NCBI GenBank assembly: GCA_010093815.1
Contig: ML996586.1
DNA length: 64,000 bases
Source of the DNA: Pseudovirgaria hyperparasitica
Taxonomy: Eukaryota
Reading direction: 5' to 3' (one strand)
A program made the position numbers and the translations under genes. Positions 1 through 12,145 of the stretch are shown piece by piece. Every line of letters starts with the position of its first letter. Position 1 is the first letter of the stretch. A model generated the notes under the pieces. That model was not told where the DNA came from. It saw only the letters and a list, made by a program, of their open reading frames with translations, and ran no database searches.

Positions 1-1980
1 TACGTTATTAGTTATATATATTATATATATATAGGGGGCCTATATCTATTTATAGGTATAGTATTATCCTAAGGTTATCGCGCTCGGTATACGACCATAA
101 TAAGAGTAGTATTAACCTATGAATATAGAAGAGAACTCGTCTTTCTAGTCCTAGAGGGTATATAGTATAGTATCCGGGGTATATGGTTGGTTTACTCGTC
201 TAGTAGTGTTTATAGGGTTCCTAGATAGCGAGTATTATAGCCCTAGTCTCTTCGAGGAGCGTCGCCTAGTTCTCTCTTTTATATTATATATTTACCTATA
301 TAATTTAGAGTATATTCTAGTCCCTTATTAGGTACTAGGGAGTATATATATCTATATACTTATTCCTTAGAGGCGCGACTATCCTCACGCGGTAGCGGCT
401 TTAACTATGCCTTTTAGTCGTCCTATTATCTTTAGAATAGTCTACTATCCCGCCTAACTACCTTCTAGAGGGGAGGTTAGAGGTGTTATAAAGGAAGGAC
501 TCGTGGTAGGTGTTATATTCTATAACTATCTCGCGCCTCTTGCTTTTATCGTACGAATATATTCTATAATCTATTTACGTTTTATATATGTTAATAACTA
601 TAACGGGTATTTCCCGTCGTAGTTTAAACACTATACTATATCTCTATTTCTTAGTCCGTCTCCTCGCGGTTTATAAGAGTACTTCTAGATAGCGTGGTCC
701 CCACGGTACTATCCGCACTTAGTCTTCTATAAGTACCTTTATATAGTATATCTATACCCTTAATAGTTAAAGTACTATATTATTATCTATGCTCTATCCC
801 ATGGCTCGGCTATAAGAAGCTCTCCTTCTATTAGAAATCCCTTCTATATAATATATTATACGAGGGCGGGGTCTCGGAGCTCTATAATTATAGTAGAGTG
901 TTTTTTCGCCGTTATCTTAATCGCCTATAGATTCTTCTACCACGCTTTTATAATCTTAATCCCTAAGTATTTTCGCGTGTTAGATTATTCTATATACGTA
1001 ATATCCTCCGCTCTAATAGCCTATCTATATATAGATACTACGTATACTATAATCGGGTATATAGCTACCCTAATAGACGCGCTAGGGAAGATACTACCTA
1101 TCGCGTTCGGATCTCGTAAGATGTTTTACTACGTAGTATTTATTATAGTAGTAAGTACTACCCCACCTAGCGTAACTTTAGTAGCCACGACGCTCGACTA
1201 TATTTCTTTCTATTTATTAATCTTATTTATAATTTCCTTTAGGGATGCCCGTTAGACCTACGCTAGCGTATCCTTATTCTAGATTATAATACGTATACTA
1301 TATACTCTATCTATAGTCCTAGTAGTCCTTAGTATAGTGGCTCCGGATAGTACTATAATCTAAGCCTACGTATTAGGGCGCTTACCTTAGAATAGCTCTT
1401 TCTAGATTCTCTATAGGCTAGCTTCTATTCGGTCGAGTCTACTACTAGGTTCCTCTTATAGCGACTTCCTTTCTTCCTCTATAATTTCTCTTAGATTCTA
1501 GATAAGGTCCCGAAATATATAAAGGAGGGTCTTCTTTCCCTTCTCGGCGTCCCTCTCTATATATATTATCTAGTATTTAATTTTATCTAGGAGGGTCTCC
1601 CCTCTTAGGGTCCCCTTGGTCTAGATTATCTATAGTACTTCGCACCCTTAGTTAGTTTCTATATTTTAGATAGGTATCTAGCTATCTATATTAATATCGC
1701 TATATGGCTGTTTCTACTATACTAGTAGGGGTATATCCGGCGTATACCGGGGTATTATAATACCTAAGGCCGCCATAGTTATTAGTTAAGGGTAGCCCTT
1801 AACTAATAAAAGAGGGTTAGTATATTAGCGTTTATTAGATATAGTCTATACTTATATTATTAAAGAGTCTTCGAGCGTATATATATAGTATCTCTATACA
1901 TCGGTATCGTCGCGTATTATATACTATACGTATATATATATATTAGAGGTTGTTATACTCGGTATACTCTATCGTTTAAT
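1..1980 (-). mobile_element. RIP-degraded non-LTR retrotransposon (Tad1-like LINE): ORF1 (~1776 to ~330) and start of ORF2 endonuclease (~315 to window edge)
   Basis: Minus frame from ATG 1776 reads through when TAG/TAA are restored to Q/W. It has a coiled region, a T(W)A(Q)I motif, and three zinc knuckles at ~780-570 restorable to QCFNCQGY, CGQCRGDH..C and CLNCDGKH..C. Downstream, L(Q)II(Q)VN..ILAI(Q)EP..RVLFYIHR matches an APE endonuclease N-terminus. Confidence 0.85.
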
Positions 1981-2949
1981 GTATGTAAATCGCTGTTTTT
2001 CCCCGAATTAACTAGTTTAGTCCGTTAGGGTATAAGAAGTTTTTTTTGTCGCATTAGTATAAGAGCCTATGAGCTCAACCTAGGAAATAATATAAAAGTC
2101 TATAACGTATTCCACGTCTTATTACTTAAAAGGTTTTAACCTAACGTATATAAACGTACGAACGTGTAATTACACTCTATTATACTCTAAGATAGACTAG
2201 ACATATATAAAGTAGACTATATTATCGAACATAGGCTCGACGAGAACGGTATCTAAAAGTATTAAATCTATTAGAAGAACTATACCGAGGATAAGAATAC
2301 CTAGGAACCTATAGTATATATCTTAAGTGCCGCGATAGCTATATATAAATAGAGGTTATAGGATAACACGTTACTACTATAAACCTAGCGCCGTTAGAGC
2401 TATTATAAAAAGAAGAAGAATACTATAGAGAACGAAGTATCGAATTACGAATCCTAAACGTACACTAGAAAAACTCTATAAGGTAGCCCTATAATTTAAG
2501 TAATATATGGTTACTAAACGCGAAGAAAACGTAAATAACCGTTATAGACACGCGACGCGATATATTATAATAGAATAACATAGAGAAGTCTAGAATAGAC
2601 TAATATAGACTATTATACACGAGAAGAATATAGAACTAAGAAACTAAAAAGGTACCCTACTACGGAATTAAACTCGTAATATATAATATAAAAGGTTAGA
2701 GTACCTAAACCGATAACTACTAGACCACTAGTTCGGGTACTCTAATATAATTTAGAGAGATAAACTAATTTATATACGATGCCTATACTTAAGTAACTTA
2801 AAGGAAATTAGAACCTAAAATTTAATAGTTATAGAATAAATAAGAACGTATATAATATTATTACGTTAAGAATTAAATTACTAGAAAACTAGTAGATAGG
2901 TATCTAAACGGTCTAAAAAGGACTAAAACGGATAGAAACTAGGTAGATA

Positions 2950-4560
2950 GAGCTAATATATACTATATAGAAACCCTAGTAAATAGAGCCATAGAGCTAC
3001 TCCTCTATCTTATTATTACTCTTAGAGTATAGTAAATAAACTAACCGAGTAATAGAGCGACGGAGGTTAGAGACCTTATCCTCTAGAGTAACCACGCGCT
3101 CGGTTAGAGCCTAGTAAGACGATAACTAAGCGCTAGAGCGAAGCGACTAGACCTAAAGTTAGCTAATATAGTCTAGAATAATCTAGAATAGAATATATAC
3201 CCTCTTATAAGGTAACTTAGAAGGAGAACTAGTAGATCTCTTACGAGACCCGTTAGTAGTATAAGGCGAGCGGGAAGGAATAGTATAAATCTCTTCTACG
3301 GCCTTAGTAGCTAAAACCGACTCCCTAGAATAGATAGTCTAAGCGCTAGGAATCTCGCGGCGACTAAAAATTATAAGCTAAGGTTAATAATAATTAACGG
3401 TTTCTAAACTTATACTTTAATAACCTCTAGGAAGAGCTTATAGCGCTCTCTAAACTCTCTATATATAGAAGCTAGATAACTACTAGAACCGCCGAGAGTC
3501 TCGCGGACGCGAAGATCGTTATATATATCTTATATATAAATAGAAACCTAAAAACGTATTAGTATAGATAACTTTAGATTACCCTAGACTAAAATAGCCT
3601 AATAGACTTACCTAAAGATAAACTTTACTAAGGATAGTATAGCGGTGGTAGTGGGTAGGGAGCTTAAAGATTAGATATATAGGCCCGTCGCGGTTAGTAG
3701 AGTAGTAGCTAATACTAGAGTTAGAGCGGAAGAGATATTTAGAGCCGGTAGCGTGAGCCTTAATATACTTAAAGTATATTAAACTATAGTTCGCCGTTTT
3801 TCTATAGCGTAAACCATGACTATGTTTAGTATCTTCGGCGACCTAGACCTTATTATTACTAGGGCTAGGTTTAGAGTAAATATTAAGGTCCTAAAAGAAC
3901 CTAGAGTAACTAAGTTAGTCTATATTAGACTAAAAAGAGGAATAGTATTTAGAGTAAGGCGGCGAAGGTATAAACTCTTAATTATTATCTATAATAAGAT
4001 CTTCTTTATCCTCTAAAGGAGGTAGAGTAGATAGGCGGCGCGAGTAGATATAGGTAGACTTTATAGCTACCTCTTCCGTAATACTAGTACTAGAATTACC
4101 TAGATTAGAGTAACTAGTAGCTACGTTAGTAGTAATAGTAGTAGTAGTCTTAGCTACCTTCTTCTCTAACTTAGAGCGCGTCTTTATACTACTATAATAA
4201 GTAGATTTTTTAGCCGGTATAGCCGGGGTAGAGATAATCTCTTTAGAGTAAGTCTTATAAGAGGAGGAGGTAGGCTTAGAAATAGGACTAGTATTAGATA
4301 TCTATATATATATATATATATATTAGCTAGAGATCTAAGAGTAGAATACTCGTTTAGCCTTAAAGGCGATTAAAGAAGCTAAATTAGTAACTATAATAAC
4401 GCGAATAGATTATATAGAACTAGCTCTAACGAAAATAGACTACTCTAGACCCGAACGGATCTAAACTAAAGGAGATAGTATACGAATTAACGACTTACCT
4501 TAAGAGTAAGATAGATATACTAGAGAAGAAAATTTAGAATAAGAGAACTAAATATAAGCT
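2950..4560 (-). pseudogene. RIP-destroyed multi-exon gene relic of unknown family
   Basis: Minus-strand intron signals persist: GTAAGT donors at 4498 and 3611, CTAAT..TAG acceptor at 3548, GTATAT donor at 3200 with GCTAAC..TAG acceptor at 3153. The intervening long frame is broken mainly by TAA/TAG codons. Confidence 0.5.
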
Positions 4561-5244
4561 TAGTTAATATAGCGGTTATATAACCTACGGAGCTATCTCT
4601 AAGGTAGTAGCTATAAAGTAAGGGATAAGCGTATATATAAATAAAAGTGAACTAGAGCTTAAGTTTACTAATATAAAGACTATTAATAATATTATATAGA
4701 TTTAATTAGATACGTGTATAAATATAACACTTATAGAATTATAGATTTATATATAGCTAAGTACTTTAGGGCGAAGTATAAAAAGAAGAAGGATATTATT
4801 AGGGCTAATACTAGAATAGACTTAACTAGAATACTATGGTCTAGTACGGTCCGTAATAGGTAGACCTAGGGTAAGCTAGCTAGAATAAGCGAGACTACTA
4901 TATAAGTAGGCCGTATATACTTAATTCCTACTCTTTAGAAATTAACCTTATTAAGAGAGTAGACTACCCTTTTAAATATATTCCCGAATCCTCCTATAAC
5001 CTGTTAGACTACTATTCTATGTCTATAATCCTTACAAGGGTTTTTTATATTAGACTCTAGGTTTATTTTTATTATTATTTAGTAAGTTATATAGTTTATT
5101 ATAGGCGTTAAATATATTTAATAAGTTTCCTTTTATATAAGGGGTAATATAGCTACTCCTTAGGAGGTATTGCTAAAGCGATAGTCTCCTTAGAAGGATA
5201 AAACTAGTTTTTAGCTACTAGATATAGGTACTTTAGTAAATTAG

Positions 5245-5384
5245 TGTCAGGCACGTGCCTGCCAGTTGATTATACATGTGTGCAGCAGTCGTATATAAGC
5301 AGTGTGCTCCACCCTTGAAGCAGTAGCTTCAAGATTCGGTCCTTTTGGTGTAGTTGGTTGGTGCGTGGAGCCCGCCTCCTTACA
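5245..5384 (+). mobile_element. Solo LTR, 140 bp
   Basis: Starts TGTCAG and ends TTACA (TG...CA). Flanked by a perfect 5-bp direct repeat ATTAG (5240-5244 and 5385-5389). Internal TATATAA at 5292-5298. Keeps CpA/TpG unlike its flanks. Confidence 0.85.
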
Positions 5385-5555
5385 ATTAGATATAGTAAAA
5401 TTAATTAACGTGTCTACTAAGTCTATCTATATACTATATATATGTGCCTAACGCTGAATAAGTTCTGAGTAATGAGGATTACCTAATAGGAATCCCACAA
5501 AATCCCATATCCTCCTCAGAGGGTTCACTCACTGTGCACACACGACCATATAGCC

Positions 5556-7404
5556 ATGCCGCCCACACTGCACGACTCCAGCACCCTCCGCACCATGTCG
5601 CCCACCACCCTCGACCACAAAATCGCCTCTCTGCACCGCCAGATTGCCGCCACAGAAGCCCAGCTCTGCACCCTACGCGACGCTCTATCCGCGCTCGAGC
5701 GCAAGAAACATCCTCTGCCGACGACAACGACGACATGTCCGTCCCAGACCACGCAGCTGCGCACCCCGGACACGGACACGCCGAATTCGTACTGTGCTGC
5801 CGGCATCGAGGCCGAGCCGTTCCGTCGCACGGGCTATTTTTATGGCACGGGCGGCATGAATGATGGGGTTCCGGACGATGTGAAGAATGAGATTTTTGCG
5901 GCGCTGAGGTTTGGGGATGGGGAAGTGGAGAGGAAAGGCGGGAGGGAGTGGCCGTTGAGTGGGGATGAGTATAGGCGGTATGGCAGGCAGTTGATTATGC
6001 CCGAGGTTGGGCTGGCTGGTGGGTTTCTTGTGTTGCTTGGGGGAGTGGTGGATGATGCTGACGGGGCGTGCAGGACAGATGAAGCTGAAGAATGCGTCGG
6101 TGTTGATTGTTGGCGTTGGGGGGCTGGGCTGTCCGGCGGCGGCGTATCTGGCGGGTGCGGGTGTGGGCACGATTGGCTTGGTGGATGCGGATGATGTCGA
6201 GGTGTCGAACTTGCACCGCCAGATTCTGCATGGCACGGCAAAGGTGGGCATGTCCAAGGTTGAGAGCGCGGTGTTGTACATCAATGGGTGTGTATTCTAT
6301 CTACGACCCCTTGTCCACCTGTATCTGCTAAACGCCCCCAGACTCAACGACGAAGTGCAATGCATTCCGCACCATGAACGCATCTTTCCGGAGAACGCAC
6401 TGGGAATCATCAGCCAGTACGACGTCGTCCTCGACTGCACGGATACACCGGCGTCGCGGTACCTGATATCCGACTCCTGTGTTCTCCTGCGGAAGCCGCT
6501 CGTCTCTGCCTCGGCCCTGCGCACCGAAGGCCAGCTGATGGTGCTCAACAACCCGCCTCGCCCGGCCGGCGATGTCCACGGCGGGCCATGCTACAGATGC
6601 ATCTTCCCGAAGCCGCCCCCGGCAGCCAGTGTAGTGACATGCGGCGAGGGCGGCATCCTGGGTCCGGTCGTGGGCACCATGGGCGTGCTGCAGTCCCTCG
6701 AGGCGCTCAAAGTCATCATAGCGACCAGCAGCGAAGAGGACACGCCGATGGAGCTGGACGAGATCGACGCCCAGCAGCAGCAGCAGCAGCAGCGCAAGAA
6801 AGCAGACCCGCCTAACCTGCTCTTGTTCTCGTCGTTTTCAAAGCCCATGTTCCGCTCCATACGGCTGCGCTCCCGGAGAGCAGACTGTGCCGCGTGTTCG
6901 GCGCAAGCGTCCGTCACCGTCGAGTCGCTGAACTCGGGGAGTCTGGACTACGTCCAGTTCTGTGGCGTCAGCAGTCCCGTCGCGGCCCTGCAGCCCAGTG
7001 AGCGGATATCGGTCAAGTCGTTTGCCCAGCTGATTGCCGACTCGGAGCAGGAGGTGCATTTCGGCAGACCACTTGCTGCCCCGCCCGTCGTGCTCGACGT
7101 GCGAGAAAAGGTCCAGTTCGATCTCTGTAGTCTGAAGGGCAGTATCAACATTCCATACTCGGTCATCAGCAGTACCGACCCCTCTGCAACGGGCCCGTCT
7201 GCCACTTGGGTTGACGAACTCCGGAGAATCCCGCTTGATCAGGCACTGTACATCATCTGTAGACTGGGCAACGATTCGCAGCTCACCGTGAAGAGGTTCC
7301 GCGAGCTGGCTCTGGACGAGGGCGGACGACGACGAATCGTAGACGTGGCGGGCGGGCTGAAAGCATGGCGAGACAAGGTTGACAGAGACTTTCCCGAATA
7401 CTGA
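5556..7404 (+). CDS. UBA4: Adenylyltransferase/sulfurtransferase Uba4 (MOCS3 ortholog); 3 exons, start at 5556 or 5595
   Basis: RYGRQLIMPE, GVGGLGCP, SNLHRQ, DCTD, CYRC and CAAC ThiF/E1-like motifs plus a C-terminal rhodanese domain with ICRLGNDSQ. Introns at about 6018-6073 and 6288-6341. Confidence 0.95.
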
Positions 7405-7409
7405 GGCAG

Positions 7410-8510
7410 CGGCACATACTACTCCCCAAACAAGACACCCCTTGGAAGTCACATCAGCCGCCATCTCCTCCATCCGACCAAGACCACAACTCATCCGCGA
7501 CTCGACCGCAACACCAGAACGCCCCAGCTGCGCCAGTCCCAAAGCCTGTCCGATACCCAGCGTACTACCGATCCGCTCCAGCGTCAACGAAATCCACTCC
7601 CGCCGCTCCGCAGAGACGCCCACCGCCAAGATCGCCGCGCGCAGCGGCCAGAGCAGCATATTACCCCCTCAACGACACACCCACACCCCACTTGATCTCA
7701 CGAGCGGGGATCCAGCCCGCCCATCAGATGCGGCACCGTGGCGCAAGAGTCCTCGACCATCTCGGCGCTCTGCCGGTGCCACTGGGCGCGCAGGCGCGGC
7801 AGGTCGAGGACTTGGAAGACGTGCATCCTGACTGTCCGGTACTGGGTCCAGGTTATGACCGCGGTCGATTCGGCGTAGAAGCGGGTTTCGTCGTGGCGGC
7901 ATGCGTTGACGAGGGCGTCGTGCGTGCGGTCGTCGGGATGGACGTTCGTCGCAGCCCATGTGCTGAGCCAGGGGGGGCTCTTCTTCTTGTCCGCGGCGAA
8001 GTCGGAGGGAGGGGAGCTTGAGGATGGTGTCCTGCAGGCGGGCGTCGACGGCCATGCACGCGGTGATCAAGGTGACGAGCTTCTTCTCATCGATTGTCTT
8101 GGAGCTCTTCGAGTCCGCGTGCCGGTGCGCGACCTGGTATACCTCCCTGGCATACTCGAGGATCACGCTCCCGCCTCCGTCCGCGCTCACGACGGGGCGG
8201 AATCACGGCAGCTATTCGTCTGCCGGTGGCTGTCTGCCTATGAAGCTGTTGATGAACTGTGGGGTTTTGGGTTAGTAGTGTTGATGTTTGGATTGCCTGT
8301 CTTGATGCTTGGATTGCGCGCCCCTGAGGGACAAAGAAACAGACAGACACACCAACTGCTTATGCATAACCGTACACATACTCCGCCCCACGCTCGACCT
8401 GAGCTGCTCCCGACCCCGAATATCCATCAGCACGCGCCGGCCAAGCCAGTGCCTATCGCACACCCCCGCCGTCACCTTTTCAGACGTGATGATCATCCTG
8501 CTCTCTACAC
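7410..8510 (-). pseudogene. Degenerate fungal C6-type transcription factor (C-terminal regulatory region)
   Basis: Motifs H..G...L..IRGREQLRS..GRS, WTQYRTVR, CATVPHLMG and LLWPL....RREWI...LERIGSTLGIGQA lie in different frames. Stops at 8214-8212, 8205-8203 and 7700-7698 and a frameshift near 8010. Confidence 0.6.
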
Positions 8511-8941
8511 GTCCTAGGTTGGGAAATGATATGCTAGGCGTGCATGTTTGGATAGTGAGACGATGTGACTCATGGTTGTGGAATTCGGGATATGCATCGA
8601 CGGCTACAGGTAGGTACACAGAGCACCAGTCGTAGAGGGAGTATGGTCGGGTATTCAGGAGTCAATGCATGCCGTTGTATGGATTGTGATCCCAGGGTCT
8701 ACGGCGAATGCAAGCCACCCGAAGCAGTTCTATCCTACGACCAAGCCCAAATGCCCTGCCACATCGGCCTCAAGACCGCATGTGACCTTGCCCGTGCACC
8801 GGCAGTTCAAAAGGAGAACAAAGCACAACAAGCCTCATTGACTCTGGTGGATATTTCAGATTCGTCATTATCATTATCGTTACAGCACACGTCAACCACC
8901 CGCCCATCGCAAGCACAAAAGATAACTATACATCATGCCCC

Positions 8942-10155
8942 TTAATACTGCTGATGTCCACCATACGCCTGCGGCACGTTCTGCGGCGGATACTGCGTTT
9001 GCTGCATGTGCTGCGGCGGCGCCTCGCTCTGATACGGCACGCCCTGATAGCCCACGCCTGCATAGTCGGGCGCGTGGCCATGCTTGTCGAACGCGCCGCC
9101 ATTCACGGCATGGCCGTCCGGATTCGACGGGTCGTATGCAGCAACAGCAGCGCTCCCGGCAACAAGTAGGATGGCGACGTAGGCGATAAACTCAAACAGA
9201 CGGTCGATGGCGGATCTGGCAAGCAGCGAGGCTTCGGTGATGCCGTTGTAGTCAACGTCTTCGAGGGACCGTATGCTGCTAATGAAGATTGCGAACTCGG
9301 TGAGGGTCAGACCGGCGATGCCGATGAAGAGGAGGGGGACTAGGACGACGAGGGACTGGAGGGTGGGTTAGTAGGATGTGTGTCTGAGAGCGGGGAATAC
9401 GTACGCCTCGTTGCACAGTTGGGGAGCTGCGCATCCTGAGGACTGCGAGGAGCATGCTGCCCACTGCGACGCAGACGAGGATGAAGGCGAGGAACATGGC
9501 GGCGGCGTAGATCTTCAATGCGGAGACGTAGAGGTCGTAGTTGTCGGAGCCCGAATCGATCGTGTGGTCGATATAGTGGGTGTAGATGCCAAGATAGACG
9601 ATGAGAAGGAGGGCCACAATGGTGAAGCCGGCAAGTTCACCGATCTTGACCATGCGTCGGAAGCCATTACTCGTGCCGGCGACGGAGAGGAGGACCGAGG
9701 GCGCGGGGACGAGGATCACGTAGAGGAGAACGATGATGGCGAGGACGCTGAGCCATTCGATGGCGACGTAAAGCCTGTTTGATGAGTCGATGTCCACGAT
9801 GATAGCACATTGCACGAGTGTTGTGCTGATGATGTATAAGATTTTTGCCCTGGACGGTGTCAGTACGGGACCATGACTGGACGTGTTGTCACCTCAAGAC
9901 TTACAGCAACGCGAGGACGATGGAGAATCCAAAGGTGTAGAATCTCGCGATATTCTTTGTAGTCTTTGTCCGCAGACGCACAACAAAGTACATGATAATC
10001 ACCAGGATCTGAAGTGCCGCAAAGACCGCCATGATGGCAAGAAACCCCCTTGAAAGTGTGTCTGCGAATGCGCCAGCTTCAGCACAACGATTGCTCACGC
10101 TGCTGCTGTCGCCATAGCTATAGCCACCTCCACCGCCGCCGCGTCTTGGAGCCAT
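8942..10155 (-). CDS. Uncharacterised multi-pass (about 7 TM) membrane protein; 3 exons
   Basis: ORFs 9901-10155 and 9279-9815 plus a last exon join through GT..AG introns. About seven hydrophobic segments and a Q/P/Y-rich tail ending at TAA 8944-8942. Confidence 0.8.
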
Positions 10156-12145
10156 ATCGGATTTAATTGACTGTAGTCAAGCGCGTCGAGAGACTGGAAT
10201 ATGGTGCCGCGCAAGGAGACCGGAATGTCAGAGCAAACATGACTGGCCTTGCCCTTCATATGTACAATGCAAGCCATCCCGTATTCTGACATGGCCAACT
10301 AGCGGTTCGATGTTGCTTCCCAAAATAAGCCTTGCGAAGAGAGTCCTGCACGGGATCTAAGCCCCCAAATCCGCCCAAATGAATAGGGGTGGCGCTAGTA
10401 CGCGCTTATGCGAGCCACAATTCGCTAGACCGAACCGTCAACGAGGCATTCGTGATTCAGCTGAGCAGACCGTGGCGCTGTCTTGTGTCCAACCAATGAC
10501 AATATGCAAAACACGAGGTCGTGGCCAGCCACGCGCGCATGTGAGACAGATCCGAAAATTGGAACAAAGCTAATTAGCCAACAACGCCAAAGCCGATGCC
10601 AACGGTGCGTGCACTGCCCTGTTGGCAGATCTGTGGGCTACTTGATAGCAACTCATTCATACCGTCTCGCGCTTGACTGGATAGGGGCCGGATATACGAG
10701 AGACGTTTCCGTATCCGTGCAGCTATTGTTGTGTCAGTATTGGATGAATTGGTCACAATGGTGAGGTGAGCCAGCAAGAAGCTCCTTGGACACTTATCCG
10801 GCCGCTAAACACATCAGGCTTCTGACACACACCGAGGAGCTGATATCATGACAATAGTAGAGTCGGCCATCTCAATGTTACAACGGGAATGTTGAGTTGA
10901 GAGGAGGGGATGATTTTGATAAATACATCCATGGATGCGCTGGTCCCGCTTCAGGCGCTGCTCTAACTCCGCCTGTCACGTACCTCGCGATTGCTCTCGC
11001 AGTAGGACCGTAGCGCAGTATACAGACGAGAATGTATTGAGCATTTGCTGTACCGTCGAAACACCCTGTCAGTCGCATAACAGAGCCGAATTCGTGGATA
11101 CTGCGAGACACGACCCAAAAGCTGATGCAAGCGTACGAGACATGACGCGGATTATATCTCTCGCGCGCACGCGAAGACCTTCCTTAAGAAAGCCTAAATC
11201 GTGTGACATACTGGTACCAAGCACACGTTTTGGTCGCGGAAAGACACAGGTAGACGTCCATACTTCATGGGACAAACCGACAAGAATGGGAAATTTTGGG
11301 ACTTGGGCAAGGCGAAGTCAATGCGGAAGTTCTACCACAATCAAGTGGAGGATTGGCGAAATTGAGGAGCTCTGGTTATGGCCTCGAAACCAAAGCTCTT
11401 ACGCGAAAGCTCCCCTCCAAATGTTCAGCACAATGTTGATTGGGAACAAGAATCAGGGTGTAATCAGGTAAAGTACATCTAAAGAGGGTATATTACCGTA
11501 GCGGTAATGGTGACACTTGAACAGCGTCGTCGGTTGAATATTATGTGAGTCACATCGATAGACGACGAAACACAACTTTGGACCTGCACTTACGGAGGTC
11601 GGCAGTTTGCCAGAGTGGAGGAAGTCGGAGTGGACCCCTTGTGGAAACACGTCCGGGACCGGCCCCGGAGTCCGGTTTTTTTTAACAACTCGACTCGCCC
11701 GTTTCCATCAAAATCTGTAGCTGGGTGCTTCTTACGAGCTTCCTACCAAGAAGAGCTGATTTTCATAAGAATAGCATGAGTGTTGATGCACAAGACTGCC
11801 CGCAGCAGAAGCAACTCGGCATGTGGCATTCTGCGCCGGCAACCTTGTCAGCCCTTCCCTACGTCTGTCCGCGTCGTCCACTTTGACAGAAGCGTTATCG
11901 CGTAGCAACATTAAGCCAATTAGAGCTCGGTAGACTCCCTGAGACGCAGATGAGATGCAGATCTGGCTTCTTGACTATCTGCTTATTCAACAGCCTGGCA
12001 TCCTAACTTCTCTTACTACTCAACCATCTACCATGCATCGTGCAGTATGTCCCGCCTCTCCGACACGCGACCTCTCATGTTCGTCCGAGTCACTCGAACT
12101 TCTGGCCATACCATCTCGGTCTGCTAAATCGGAGCGAGCCTCGGG

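Larger units (their letters stand above)
1..5470. repeat. AT-rich, RIP-mutated repeat block
   Basis: Strong excess of TpA and visible loss of CpA/TpG. Reading frames are full of TAG/TAA where CAG/CAA/TGG are expected. Abrupt switch to GC-rich genic DNA near 5470. Confidence 0.93.

Noticed and set aside
977..1255. 92-aa hydrophobic ORF in the AT-rich block
   Set aside because: Antisense to the RIP-mutated LINE ORF1; the I/Y/L-rich composition is a RIP artefact.
6772..6792. (CAG)7 polyglutamine run in UBA4
   Set aside because: Short in-frame microsatellite in a variable loop; ordinary.
6838..7659. 273-aa minus-strand ORF
   Set aside because: Only its start is the pseudogene tail; the rest is the antisense shadow of UBA4.
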